64,000 bases of DNA from the human T2T-CHM13v2.0 reference genome, Homo sapiens. The stretch lies in the NCBI RefSeq assembly GCF_009914755.1, contig NC_060932.1. The stretch is one strand, 5' to 3'. The position numbers were made by a program, and so were the translations under genes. Numbering within the stretch: the first letter of the stretch is position 1; every line of letters begins with the position of its first letter. The notes under the pieces are model-generated. The model was given only the letters and a program-made list of their open reading frames with translations. It had not been told where the DNA came from and searched no databases. Shown piece after piece: positions 50,435-64,000 of this stretch.

Positions 50435-52297
50435 TTAGAAGGAATCCAGTTTATTCAAATAATTCTTCTTTAACAATATTTACAAACAGGTTTTTTTTTC
50501 TTATAAAATTTGCTCAGGTTTAATTTCTTCTACTATTTAGAATCAAAAAACACACTTGAAGCAAAAATATTCCATGTTTTAATATTCTGTCACGTACAGA
50601 TTTTTTAAAAATGTAACTGAATATTTAGGTAAGTCTTTAAGAGAAATTAAAACCCATGAAATAAAAATACCACAAAGACAATGTCAACAGAATCTGAAAG
50701 TTGTTTAAAGAAACAATCCTTAACTAGAATATTTAACTTTTGGTTTACATATTAGTAGTAGTATTAACTATAAATGCTGTAACATCTTGCCATAACCAAA
50801 CATAAACCAAATGACTGAGGGAAACATAAATCAAATGGCTGTTATTCATTTTTGGCTGTTATTCATTTTTGAATACCAGTTAATATTACTGCTTTCAAAG
50901 TTGTTCAGGAGTTCTGATTTTGACAGACTATTTTCAAATAAAACTGCATGGACCAAATAGAAATGTTTTTTAAATATTGTTTTAACTCTATCGTCTTTTC
51001 AAATCTCTTACTTCTTTCGGTTACAGTTCTTTGCTTGACCTTCCCTTTTTAAAGATCTCTATGTTAAAGAAGCAGCTTAGGTATTCTGAATTCCATCCCA
51101 GTTGGTTTAAGTGAGTATAAAGAGGCTTATCCTGGGGATTCTCACTGTCTTTCTAAATTGAAAAATTAGTTACTCTACATTAAACAAAGTAGAATTATAG
51201 TCTTTTCAAAGGCCTGTGCCAGATAACACAAAAAGTTTGCTTACATAAAAAGTTTGCAAAAGCACTGAAGCTTTGCTAGTTATTTGTTGTGATTCAGCCA
51301 AACCAATTCTCTTGTCACATTTTAGGGCTAACCCTTGAGAAAGGTCTATCCAGTTGTGAGGGCTCTGTCTGACTAGGATCTTACAGAAAACAGGAATAGC
51401 TGTTGAGCAAGAAAGGTAATACATGAAAAGAGACAGCTCAAGACTGCAGTTACATACTATATCCTGTTGCCCTATGATGATTATTACTAAGAGAGTTTTT
51501 ACTTTTGCAGAAGGTTAAAAAGAAAAGTCTATGACAAGAGCATGAAAAAACTATGTTTGTGCCACATTGTTTAAATTACTGTAATAAAGACTAACTGCAT
51601 AAGCATAAACATTATTCTCTATTATTTGCTAGAAAATCATTAAAATAACTATTTAAATTGTGAAATCCAAAAACAAAATAATCTTCTGGAAATGGCTCTT
51701 GTAGAAAAAGGCATTGAAAGTGCTTCATTGCCAATATAATTAACTACAATTGCTTCCAACATAAACATTTAAAACATCTCTACTCAAGGAAACACTGAGA
51801 TTATGCAAACCAATTTTTCTTATTAAAAATATTTTACAAGTAGAAACTATAAAATACTGAAATTGAAGAAATTTGCCATATCTGGCATAGAATTGTAAAT
51901 TATATAATAAAGTGTCAAGAATTATAAAATTCTTGGTTTGATGACTAATGAAAAAAAATCCTGCTTTCAGCTCAAATGGCACAATGCCATCAACAATGTA
52001 TTGAAACATATCAGAAGCAAGAATCTAGTTTTAAAGATTTTACCACTATTGCTTAACTTTGATCATATTACCCTCCCCTTATAATTGCATGGAAATAATT
52101 CTGGTATATCAGATGTTAGAAATTGATGTCCTATATGATATGTGTTAGATTATTTGTATATTTTACAAAGGACCATATGATTTATATTTCCTACCACATT
52201 TACAAACATTAAAAATCGCTAAATGTTAAAAAATATATAAGTAAAAAATATTTGGAAAAACTTGTTATGTCTTATTTCAATAGACAGAAGACTATTT
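50435..52297 (-). other. TEX15: TEX15 3'UTR (3' end uncertain)
   Basis: Repeat-free AU-rich region; candidate signals AATAAA 50450-50455, ATTAAA 50519-50524 and 50578-50583. Confidence 0.7.
50450..50455 (-). terminator. Candidate TEX15 poly(A) signal AATAAA
   Basis: tttatt on plus; U-rich downstream tract on minus (ttttttcttttgtgtttc). Confidence 0.55.
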
Positions 52298-52335
52298 TCA
52301 GTGTCCTGGATGAAAGGATTCTTGGTGCCATGGAG
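52298..52335 (-). CDS. TEX15: TEX15 terminal exon, coding part
   Basis: tgttttttcttccag|CT CCA TGG...; (A)PWHQESFHPGH-TGA; phase matches the upstream donor. Confidence 0.85.
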
Positions 52336-52978
52336 CTGGAAGAAAAAACACCACAAAGATTTAAATAAATAATTTAGACTAATGGTACATGATACTATAG
52401 TGGAAAGAACCTGAGTTTAAATTACAGCTAAAGAGATCAAAGTGCTTATTTGCCCTTAAGTAGCCATAGGGTCATCAGGTCCTATGAAAGTTAATTTAAG
52501 GCTCTCTGAGGAGTGGTTTCCTCATCTGTAAAAGAACAGCACCTCTGCATCTCTCTAAGCTATCCTGTGAAATTAAATGTAATAAAGGACATAATGTGGC
52601 TGGACACAGGGCTCACTCAAGCACTGTCCTTTAGTTCCATTTTCTGGTGTTGAATACAAGCACCACGAACAATATAGTGACAAATGGGTCCAAGGGATTT
52701 TCACATTTTTAAGAATGCAGTTCCTGTAAGTGTGAGAGGTGATTTCTGTGGATTATTTACACTCATGATAACTCAAAGATGTGCTTATAACATTGCAATT
52801 GCCTCCTTAATTTTTTTTAGAGTGACTTTTGGATATTAAGTAAATGATTATTTCTTTTTCTTTTATTTTAATTGGACTAATATAACCAAGGAGGTAACAA
52901 TACAGATTATTTGAGAGCCATAGCTGGACTTGATTCCAGAGCTATCTTTTTTAATATCACAAATAGCTTAACTATTAA

Positions 52979-53483
<505 letters not shown>

Positions 53484-53998
53484 TTTTTTCCCCTTTTATC
53501 GTTTTCCTTATGTTCTTAGGTGAAAAATTTCTAGCCCTGTGTAAAGTCATTTACTGAGGCAGGGAAGAAAGGGAAAGATACAGAGATTATTACAATACCA
53601 CCTAATACTCACATACCTTATGTGAGAAAAGCACACAAAAAGTACTACAGAAGTACGAGAGAGATTGTTCTATGGTCCTACGGGAGAACATTAAGTTGTT
53701 CAACGTGGCTTGAATGCAGAGGTGGAAGTGGTGGCAGATGACGTTGGACATAGAGGACTGTGAAGGGCTCTGCATTCCAGGCTAAAGTATTTGAATTTTA
53801 TCCAGTAGGTTATAGTGAATCAGTGATATAACTCCAAAGCAGAGGAGCTGATGTGATCAGATTTCTCAGTTAGAAACAGAACTATGTCAATAGGCTGCTT
53901 CTTGCCCAATTCAGACCTATGTCCTACGGCCTCTCAGTTTTTTCTACATATCCATTTGTAACAATATCCAGGGCTTAGAAACTTTTTAAAAGAAATTC

Positions 53999-54590
<592 letters not shown>

Positions 54591-55216
54591 AATTATCTTG
54601 CATTTCTCCGTATAAGATATTAAAAGATGGTTATTTTTATTTAAAGTACATTTTATTTCCAATGGTAGAATATTTGGTTGTTAGGGTAACTTTTTCTGCA
54701 GGATAATTGTTTTTATATTTTGCTTTAACTCTGATAAATGCACATTTCAATTTCATTAAAACACCTATATTCTAATCATGCTATTTTACAAGTAGAATTA
54801 AGCATTTTAGAAAGAAACAATTTCATGTTACAGAGCAAACTATCAAGTTCTTCTACCAATACATTTTAATTAACTCTATTCACTTACACCAAGATACTGT
54901 ATTAGATAACTGAGAGAAACAGAAGGGTTGTTTTGTCTAATTGAAATTTATTTTCCCACTTTAGTTTACTCTGTTTTTCCTCTAATTATCAAAATAATGT
55001 ATGTTTCACAGTAGATAATCTAGAAAATGCAAGAAAAAATTCTCTACACACCCTAAAGTTTTTACCTGAAGATAGACAAATTAAAATGTTGGCATATTTT
55101 ATTTCAGTATTTCTATCTATTTCCACATTCATGTAGGTAACTTTACATGATATAGTTTTAAAAAAGTCAGGTCATTAAAAACCCTTTAATGGTTGCGTCA
55201 CATTTCACTGTATCGT

Positions 55217-55523
55217 TTTTTTTTTTTTTTTTTTTTTTTTTTTTGAGGTCGAGTCTCGTTCTATCACCCAGGCTGGAGTGCAGTGGCGGATCTCCGCTCA
55301 CCACAACCTCTGCCTCCTGAGTTCAAGCGATTCTCTTTCCTCAGCCTCCTGGGTAGCTGGGACTACAGGTGTGCGCCACCATGCCCAGCTAATTTTTGTA
55401 TTTTTAGTACAGATGGGGTTTCACTATGTTGGCCAGGCTAGTCTTGAACTCCTGACCTCGTGATCTGCCCCCCTCGGCCTCCCAAAGTGCTGGGATTACA
55501 GGTGTGAGCCACTGCGCCCAGCC
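55217..55523 (-). mobile_element. AluS-like
   Basis: TSD cactgtatcg. Confidence 0.9.
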
Positions 55524-55814
55524 CCACTGTATCGATTAACTATAAGTTACTTAACTATTCCCTACTGTTGGGTTTTATTGAAGAACAAACATGTCAAGGA
55601 CATATTAGTGATACTGACAGTTTTTTTTCTTGAATTTTTGACAACTAGATTTCCACCCTCTCTGCCCAATCCATTGGCAATTCTACAAATCTGTACAGAA
55701 AAATGACTGCTCTTTCTCCCTCTAACTCATCACTTACTGTGAATTTCACTTACATAAATGGACACAGTTAAAAGTAACAACTCAATAAAGCAGGCATTAA
55801 AATGTGAAACTCAC

Positions 55815-57073
55815 CATAAACCCAAGGAACTTCTGGAGGCACAAATCGATTAGGAAGGTAAGGGTATGTAGCTTGTGGTAATGGCTGATGAGAAGCATAT
55901 TGTGAAAAAATTGGCTGCCGAAAATTAGAAGCAGGTATTTGAGATTGAAAATACCCATTCACTGGCACAAAGCCATTTGCTTGTGGCTCCCCCGCAAAAT
56001 AAGTAAAATATTGAGAGTACAGAAGATTAGAATGTGTGCCCTGGGCAGTACTTGCAACTGTGGTCAACAGCCCAGAAGGAGATGGCTGTACTTCATATGA
56101 TGTTATCCCTTGGTATGTCTGGGTAATGGCATTGCCATTGCTGTTGCTGTACTGATAAACACACCAAGCAGAGTATGGATATGAAGTTCCAAATAAATGC
56201 TCAGAAGAATTATATGTTGGGTTACATGCAGACTGTGGAAGTTCATTCCAATATGTGGCAGCATTCTGCATTAGGACTTTTGAATTTTTGTCATTCTGTT
56301 GTTCAGAAAGAGAGTACTCTGCTCCTTGATTCACATTAAGGGTTATATGCCCAGATGCTCCAAAAGTATGCACAGTATTGGGATTCAATGTATCCTTCAT
56401 GTATTTGTCCTCTGACTCAGTTTCTGTAGGCTGTAGTTTGTTTATCTGCAGAGTAGGAATTTTGTTCTGGATACAGATGGGTTCTGGAGAAGTCATGCAT
56501 GAGGAATTTTTAATAGATGAATTTACTATATCATTATCTTGAAGTTCAAAGACTGTGTCATTCATTTCTAGATCAGGATGGACATCTTTCACAAAACAGA
56601 AAATTGGCTTTGAGAGCACCGACGCATCAGGCACAAGAGAAACATCAGTTTCTGGGTTTATATCAGAAAGGCAGGATTTTTGGGTGGGATCTGGGGAATT
56701 TTTAAGAAATTTCTGCAAAAGTGTCCCATGGTCTGGTGAAAATGTGCCATGTACACTTTTTTGGTCACAAATTGCAAAAGCAGCACAATCTTTCTTATCA
56801 CTTTTTGTTTCAGCAGCACTGAAGTTCACATTTCTTTTCTTCATGCTATTTAAATTTTCCTGTTGTCCACTGAAGTGATCAGATGAAACAGTTAAGTCTA
56901 TTTTGCTTTCCGACTTTGATGCGCAAGTGTCTTTTGGGTTCTCTAAGGGTAAAAGTGAGCCAGGTAGTGATCTTTGCATTTCAACCTTTTTTGGCGTTAA
57001 ATGATTTCTTTTCAGACTGTCACATGAACTTGGTACTATTTTGTTTTCGCTTTTGGGATGAGATCCTGTAGTC
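55815..57073 (-). CDS. TEX15: TEX15 penultimate coding exon
   Basis: taatag|G ACT ACA GGA... in frame with the 403-aa ORF; ends PEVPWVY G|gtgagt; 1259 nt. Confidence 0.9.
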
Positions 57074-57700
57074 CTATTAGGTGCAACACATACATAAAAA
57101 TGAATTTAAATATATAGGGTCATAAAATTTTAATGGAAATATATATTTGAAATTTTTATCCAGGGGAAGAGTTCTTAAGCTTTACGTTTTCCCATTCTAT
57201 TGGCACTATACAAGTTAACATTTTCCTAGTTTGACTGCCGTGGTTTGGATTTAGATACTTTTCCTACTGAAGATGATATGCTCTACATTTTAAATATATT
57301 TCCAATATTGTAATAAACTATTTTGTGCATTAGACATTTTCTAATGGAGGCTTTTAAAAGTAGAAAACTATCACTAGTCAATTGTTCAGTATAGTTTTTT
57401 AATTCATATGCCTCCTGCCTGATGATCTTCATTACTTGTAAATAGCTATAAATAACTGGTAAACTACCAGCTGTAACCCCTGCCTTCCCACCAAAGATTT
57501 CTTCCCTCTCTGTTATAACAGACTAATACGTTTTTGTCTGTTCATCTTTGAGAATAGGAAAAGCAGATCTCCAAAATTTCTTGCCCAATTTAATAGCCTT
57601 GAAATTATTAGCTAAATTCAGACAGTCTCAAGCAGCTGAGAGAAGCATCCAAATGGGAATTGTCTAAAGCCAGACAGTTAATATAGGTCCCTGAGGTAAT

Positions 57701-58148
<448 letters not shown>

Positions 58149-58913
58149 TGAAATTCTTAAATTGTATGAGGAAATATTATGTTGAGAAGGGAAAAGTAGT
58201 ACTATTTCTCTGTAGTCAAGAGAAATTCTTCTTTGGCCTGGAATTCACATATCCCACTCAACAAACTAAAAGCCAAATATTTCACTGAATTCAGCCTCAC
58301 TGAAACATCACCAGAAATGCGATAAAATCAAAATTATACTTTCTGAGAGCTCAAAGTATCGTATGGGAATTGATGACTATGTAGGTTCTCATTAAAATGC
58401 CAGTTTTGAAATTTGCCATTCTTCAAAATGCACAAGTTAAAAAAAAAAGTAATCTTATCACTTGTCCTATTTTTAAAAGTCCCTTTTTGATTTTAGAAGT
58501 CTTTTTTTGGTAAACCACTTACTAAGCCCCATCAATTCTTTATGTATTGTATCGTATCTTGTAAAGATATAAATTTTTCTTTCTTATTCTGTGAAACAAT
58601 CACCCTTTTCTAAGCCTTGGCTGACTTACTTCTAACTATACTCAGAATATTCTTAACCTTTACATCACTGAAAAAGCAAATTTCACATGACTTTAGCCTT
58701 TAATACTTACAGAATGAAGTTCAAACTCCTTAGGCTGAATTTAAGAAACTGTATAATTTCAAACAAATTTCTTTTTCCTTAGCTTACTCTCATCCCCTAA
58801 GTTACATGTATGATCCAATGACATTATATAAATAATTGTGTTATTCTAGTTGTTTAGTATTTGCCCAATTTTGTTCAATTTTTTTTCCACATAGGGCTGA
58901 TGGGAACTCCTAC

Positions 58914-58972
58914 CTTGGATGCTTGAATGTTGCCTTTTCTCTGTTGATTTTTGTGACATCTTTCATGTCTAC
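58914..58972 (-). CDS. TEX15: TEX15 59-nt coding exon
   Basis: acag|GTAGACATG...CATCCAAG|gtagga; VDMKDVTKINREKATFKHP(R); phase 0 in and phase 2 out, which links the flanking exons in frame. Confidence 0.88.
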
Positions 58973-59180
58973 CTGTGTTTAAAAGATACAAAGAAAATCT
59001 TCATTAGTGATGACAAACTATAATAAAAATAATTATTATTTCAATATTAGATATTTTTAATTGCTTGTTCTGCCATCATCTAAAGTTAAACTAATTAATT
59101 ATCACCTCCCTGCAGAAAGCAGTGACTCTCCTAGACTTCCCATATTTCATATATGTTTGGAGTAACTTTAAAAAAAATAA

Positions 59181-59564
<384 letters not shown>

Positions 59565-59934
59565 TAAACCAGTTGCTAAGCCCCATCGATTCTTTAAGTC
59601 ATGTCTGTCAATATGAATTTTCCTTTCTAACACCTTTTTCTAAGCCATGGCTGACTTATTACTGTAAGTAGTATTGTATACAGTACTACTACTTATTACT
59701 ATATATACTTCTACAGAAGACATATATGACTTATATACTCAGAATCTATCTGTTAAATCATTAGAAAAACGAATTTCATATGACAGTACACTTCAATGTG
59801 TACAGAATGAAGGTCAAACTCCTTAGGTCTAATTTAAGATATTCCATAATCTGAAATAACCTTCTCCATCCATAGATTATTCTTACCCACTAAGTTAAAT
59901 TGTTCCAGACTTAATTTAAAAATTATATATATAA

Positions 59935-60226
59935 ATTTTTTTTGAAACAGAGTCTTACTCTGTCCTCCCAGCTTGGAGTACAGTGGTGTAATCCTGGCTC
60001 ACTGCAACCTCCGCCCCTGTGCTCAGGCAATCCTCTTGCTTCAACCTTCCAAGTAGTTGGAACTACAAGTGTATGTCACCATGTCTGGCTAATTTTTTGT
60101 TATTTTTAGTAGAGATGAGGTCTCACCATGTTGCCCAGGCTGGTCTTGAACTCCTGGACTCAAGCAGTCTGCCCACCTTGGCCTCCCAAAGTGCCGGGAT
60201 TACAGGCGTGAGCTATCGCACCCAGC
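59935..60226 (-). mobile_element. AluJ-like
   Basis: Antisense dimer. Confidence 0.87.
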
Positions 60227-60299
60227 TGCATATAGGTTTCTTTTCTAAACTTCTGAACTAAGAAGTCTTGAACAGCTGTAAGAGAAACCTCTTAGAGCA

Positions 60300-60500
60300 G
60301 TGCTGAGACAACTGTCAATAAGGGCTCTGGAGGCCAGACTGCCTGGTTTAGATCTGGGTGCTCCCATTTACTAAATTCTGTGACCCCAGGATAGTCATTT
60401 CCTCTGTGTCCCACTTTCCTTATCTTGAAGTAAGATAATAGGAAATACATCATAAGGGGTTGTGTATAAAATAAATCAGTGCCAAGTACATATTAAATGC
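60300..60500 (+). mobile_element. MIR-like SINE remnant (similar remnants ~33480, ~34620, ~43730, ~52390)
   Basis: ggctctggaggccagactgcctgg...tgtgacc...cctctgtgtcccactttccttatct core. Confidence 0.6.
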
Positions 60501-61011
60501 TTTAGACAATTTGTTAAAATGTATTTAATATAGGACTTTTAACTCCTTGATAATTATCTCTTGAAAAATATCTGTCCTATTTCTCCATTGGGATGATAAT
60601 GGTCAAGAAGACAGGCTTTGTTAGCCACTTTTTAATATTCACTACACGGGGCATAGGCTTGTTATACAGAAAAGCTACTCAATAAATATTGGTCTCTCAC
60701 TCAGTGTTCATAATATTGAACTCCTTCTTAAGAAGCTTTTAAAATCCACGTCCTTCCAAAAAATGTTTTCTAAGTTAAAACATTTACGTTTAAAAAGTAG
60801 ACATTTGCAAGGTATCACCTATACATATAATTTATGTATCATTTTATAGATAATATGAATTGTTTAAATCAATATTATAGTTAGTAAATTCATTTTGCCA
60901 GACAATTTACCATTCTTAACTTTTAGAATTCTGCAAACTACTTGTTTGCTTATGAGTAGACTTGTTTTCAAAAAGAATACTTATAAAAGTTTTGTTTTAA
61001 AACATACATAC

Positions 61012-64000
61012 CTTTAGCTTTTTACAACTGGAAACAGTAGTATCTTGCTGTTGTTCCTGAGAGTCTTCACATTTGTCTACAGTGCTCGGTCGTTTTTTAG
61101 AGGAATTTGAGATGTTTTTGTTTATGCACTCTGATACTGGGGGCAACATCGTAGAAATACTAAATTTATTGTTATTTTCCCCAGGTTTTACAATATGAAT
61201 ATTCATTTTTTCTTTTCTCTTCAGCTGTAAAATCTTCCTTCTGTTATACAGCATTTGGCATAGGAAAAAGGAAATGGTTAGTTCAGCATTTTTAGTACAT
61301 ATCATCTTCATATGTTCAATCGTTTTCATGACTTTCCTAATGTGGGCCATTTTTCCTAAATCTTTCCTAGGGGCAGACATTACATTCTTCAGCAGTGTAG
61401 AAAATTGATTGTAGTTGTATTCTAACTCTGTCACAGTGCTTCCATAATTTATGGATGCTATATATGGCACAAAGTCAATATATGTGGAAATAAAATACTT
61501 GGACTTCTTCAGAAGCTTTTTTATTTCTGAAAGTTCTTGAAGTTCTCTTGAGAGCAAATGAATAGCATATGAGCAATTAACAGCTTCATTATATTTGCAG
61601 ATAATATCCAGATCTTTCTTAAGTTCGGAAACAGCAGTCTCTATCACTTTCCAAAGGCAAACATCTGTTGAGTTATCTTTAAGAAATGAAAAAGAAGCCA
61701 TTTTTTCTTGGCACTGAACCAGCTCAGGAAGAAGTGACAAATCAAACCAAAGCATACCTCGAAACCTCTGTTTGTCTAGTTTCTTTGCTATTGAGTTTTT
61801 AAGAAAGTGAATTGTTTCTGAGACCATGACGATTTCAATATACATTTCAATAGCTTCAGGCTTTAAAATGATAGCCTCATGGCTGTGGTTTATCACCACG
61901 TCTAAAACATTTTCTTCTGTGATAAAAATATTATCCATGTTATTATCTTGTAGCATCTGAAAGTATTTTTTTAAAATTTCTAAGTGATCTGTACATCTCA
62001 AGGTGAGATCCTGTAATTTTTTAAGGTCTGCAAATTCAGCCTGATCCAATATCTCACTAATACAACAAATATCTGGGTGTGCAAGCAAATTACTGTTAAA
62101 TTTAGAATTTTCTATGCTAATTGTTGCTTCGTTTATTGGATGATCTGACTTTCTGGAAGCAATTATAGTATCCTCCTCAAGCCCAATAGGGGAAATTGGT
62201 TCATTGTTTAAATCTTTAGACAAAGTATCATATATCTTCTGCAACTTAGAAAAGGCACATTTATTCACTCTGAGTAGCCTTTCTTCGTCCTTCTTTTGTG
62301 AGTATTTTTTGCTGAAGGATTGTGTTCTCTCTTTCCAAACAAGATTTTTTGCAGCATCAAAAAAGATATGTTCCAGACCATAAAGAGATATTTTAACACG
62401 TACTGCCTCGTTGTTCTTAATAAAATTAACCTTTGAGGAGATCATTTCTATGATAATCCACAGATGGTCCTGTTTTCCTGGATACGAATGAACTTTAGGA
62501 GAGTCCCCACATACATTGATCAACTTTAAAGTACTTTTTCTTAAGATTTCCAGGTCTTCTAAACTATCTCCAAAGTTAACTCCACAGGTAAATGGAACAG
62601 AAAGAGAAAAATCAAAGCAATCGGAACAATGCTCCATTATGGCTTCACATTCATTAACCTGTCGTTTGTACTTTAAGAATACATAGTATGAATTCTTTTC
62701 CCTTTTTGTTTCTTCAAGCAATTCAACTAATTGATCATGGTAAGTCTGTAACTCACAGAATGCATTATATTTTAATCTTCCTTGGAAACCAGGATAGAAA
62801 TTAGACTGCTGTTGAAATCCACGTGGTTTTCCAAGAAGCTCAGCATACAGTGTTTCATCATACCAAAGCAAGCTTCGCAATGTTGGTTCACCTTCTAAGT
62901 GCCTTTTTTTGTTTTCAATGAATTGAATTGTTTCCATCATCATTTGAAGTTCTACCAAAGTGTCAACAGCACATGGTTTTAATGTGTGTTTGCAATTATT
63001 CCACAGGTTTTGGTCTACCAACAGTTCTCTTGAAATCAGGATTTGTTCAACTGAACATTCTTGCTTTCTTTCAAAAGCTTCCACAAATAAAGGGAGAATA
63101 TTTAGACAAACCTTAGTTTCTTCCTGTAGAATCTGCAAAGATGATGCTTCATCTGCCCTCTGCAAAATTTGAGATAGATTAGCTATAAGGGCCGTATGAT
63201 TAGCTGAGCAATGTTTTTCTTTAAAATCACTCACGTATGACGCAGGTTTCTTCAGAAGAGTAGGGACTTTACAGGTTTCAGAGTGGGCAGGTAAAATAGG
63301 CGTATGATTAACTCCTAGAATTCCTGGTTTGGAAATATAGGCTATTTCTGAATGTAATGTCAAGTCAGACTGCGAGTCTTTACTAACTTTAATTTCCCCC
63401 TTCTTCTCTCTTTTGTTAAGCGGATTAGAAACTGTGTTCTTCAAAGGGACTGACTCAGTGGTAGTATTTTTAGTGCTCAGATGGGAATCAATCAAGTTAG
63501 TTGTAATAATTTTCTCATTTAAGCAGGATTCTTCTGAGATCTGATTCTTTTGATTTTTGTACTCAGTATTAACAGTTGATCCTTCAGTCATGCTTCTTTT
63601 GTAAACAGAATCTTTTGCTTTTTCCGCTTGTTTAACTTTCCACGTTATTCTGTCCTCAGTGTCTTTCTTCACAATACATGTTTCTGAAGAGGAGCCTTTT
63701 ACATTATCTTTTAAAAGCAGAGAACTATCACTGGAAGATAATTCCACTATATTTTCCCCATAACTTTTATCTTCTTCAGTTCCTGATGCTACATCCAACT
63801 CATAATTCTCAGTGACATTTGTTTCATTCCCATCTGTATGGAGGCAATTACCTGAAGAGCACTGTTCTGTCTTTAGAAGCTCTTTTTCTCTACAGCTCTG
63901 CTCACAGTGTGGTACAGTACTGGATGCTGCAAAAGAATCTACAGTAAGAATTCTCTGCTTATCCAAGTAAGATTTTGAAGATTCTCCCTCACTATCTGTC
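61012..64000 (-). CDS. TEX15: TEX15 large internal coding exon (5'-truncated by window end)
   Basis: The 989-aa ORF stays open upstream to the window edge (TDSEGESSKSYLDKQR...). It contains two repeated ETI..LW(Y/F)D domains; donor AAG|GTATGT at 61012. Identified from sequence recognition and position next to PPP2CB. Confidence 0.92.

Noticed and set aside
59667-59690. Near-perfect 24-bp palindrome agtagtattgtatacagtactact as a possible miRNA hairpin
   Set aside because: Too short, with no loop; part of an AT-rich insertion in the duplicated unit
60997-63966. Treating the 989-aa ORF as a stand-alone single-exon gene
   Set aside because: The frame is open to the window edge with a TTG pseudo-start, and it splices in phase to three downstream exons

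Overview
Primate (very probably human) genomic DNA, rich in Alu, L1 and LTR elements, with two protein-coding genes on the minus strand. (1) The complete 7-exon PPP2CB gene (PP2A catalytic subunit beta). Its exons splice at GT-AG sites into a 930-nt CDS (309 aa, MDDKAF...TPDYFL), from a CpG-island promoter (~30.9-32.0 kb) to a poly(A) signal at ~4.66 kb. (2) The 3' part of TEX15: a very large exon running off the window end, a 59-nt exon, a 1259-nt exon and a terminal exon with a ~1.8-kb AU-rich 3'UTR. Almost all other ORFs in the track are Alu, L1, microsatellite or GC-shadow artefacts. I cannot support a new multi-gene system. The best unexplained structures are: a 113-bp, 92%-identical, non-Alu inverted repeat pair ~6.8 kb apart in PPP2CB intron 1; an old ~300-bp direct duplication bracketing the TEX15 59-nt exon; a compact CPE/Pumilio/AAUAAA cluster at the TEX15 3' end; and all-phase-0 PPP2CB exons flanked by inverted Alus. 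Exon coordinates were derived base by base; repeat boundaries and subfamilies are by eye and approximate.
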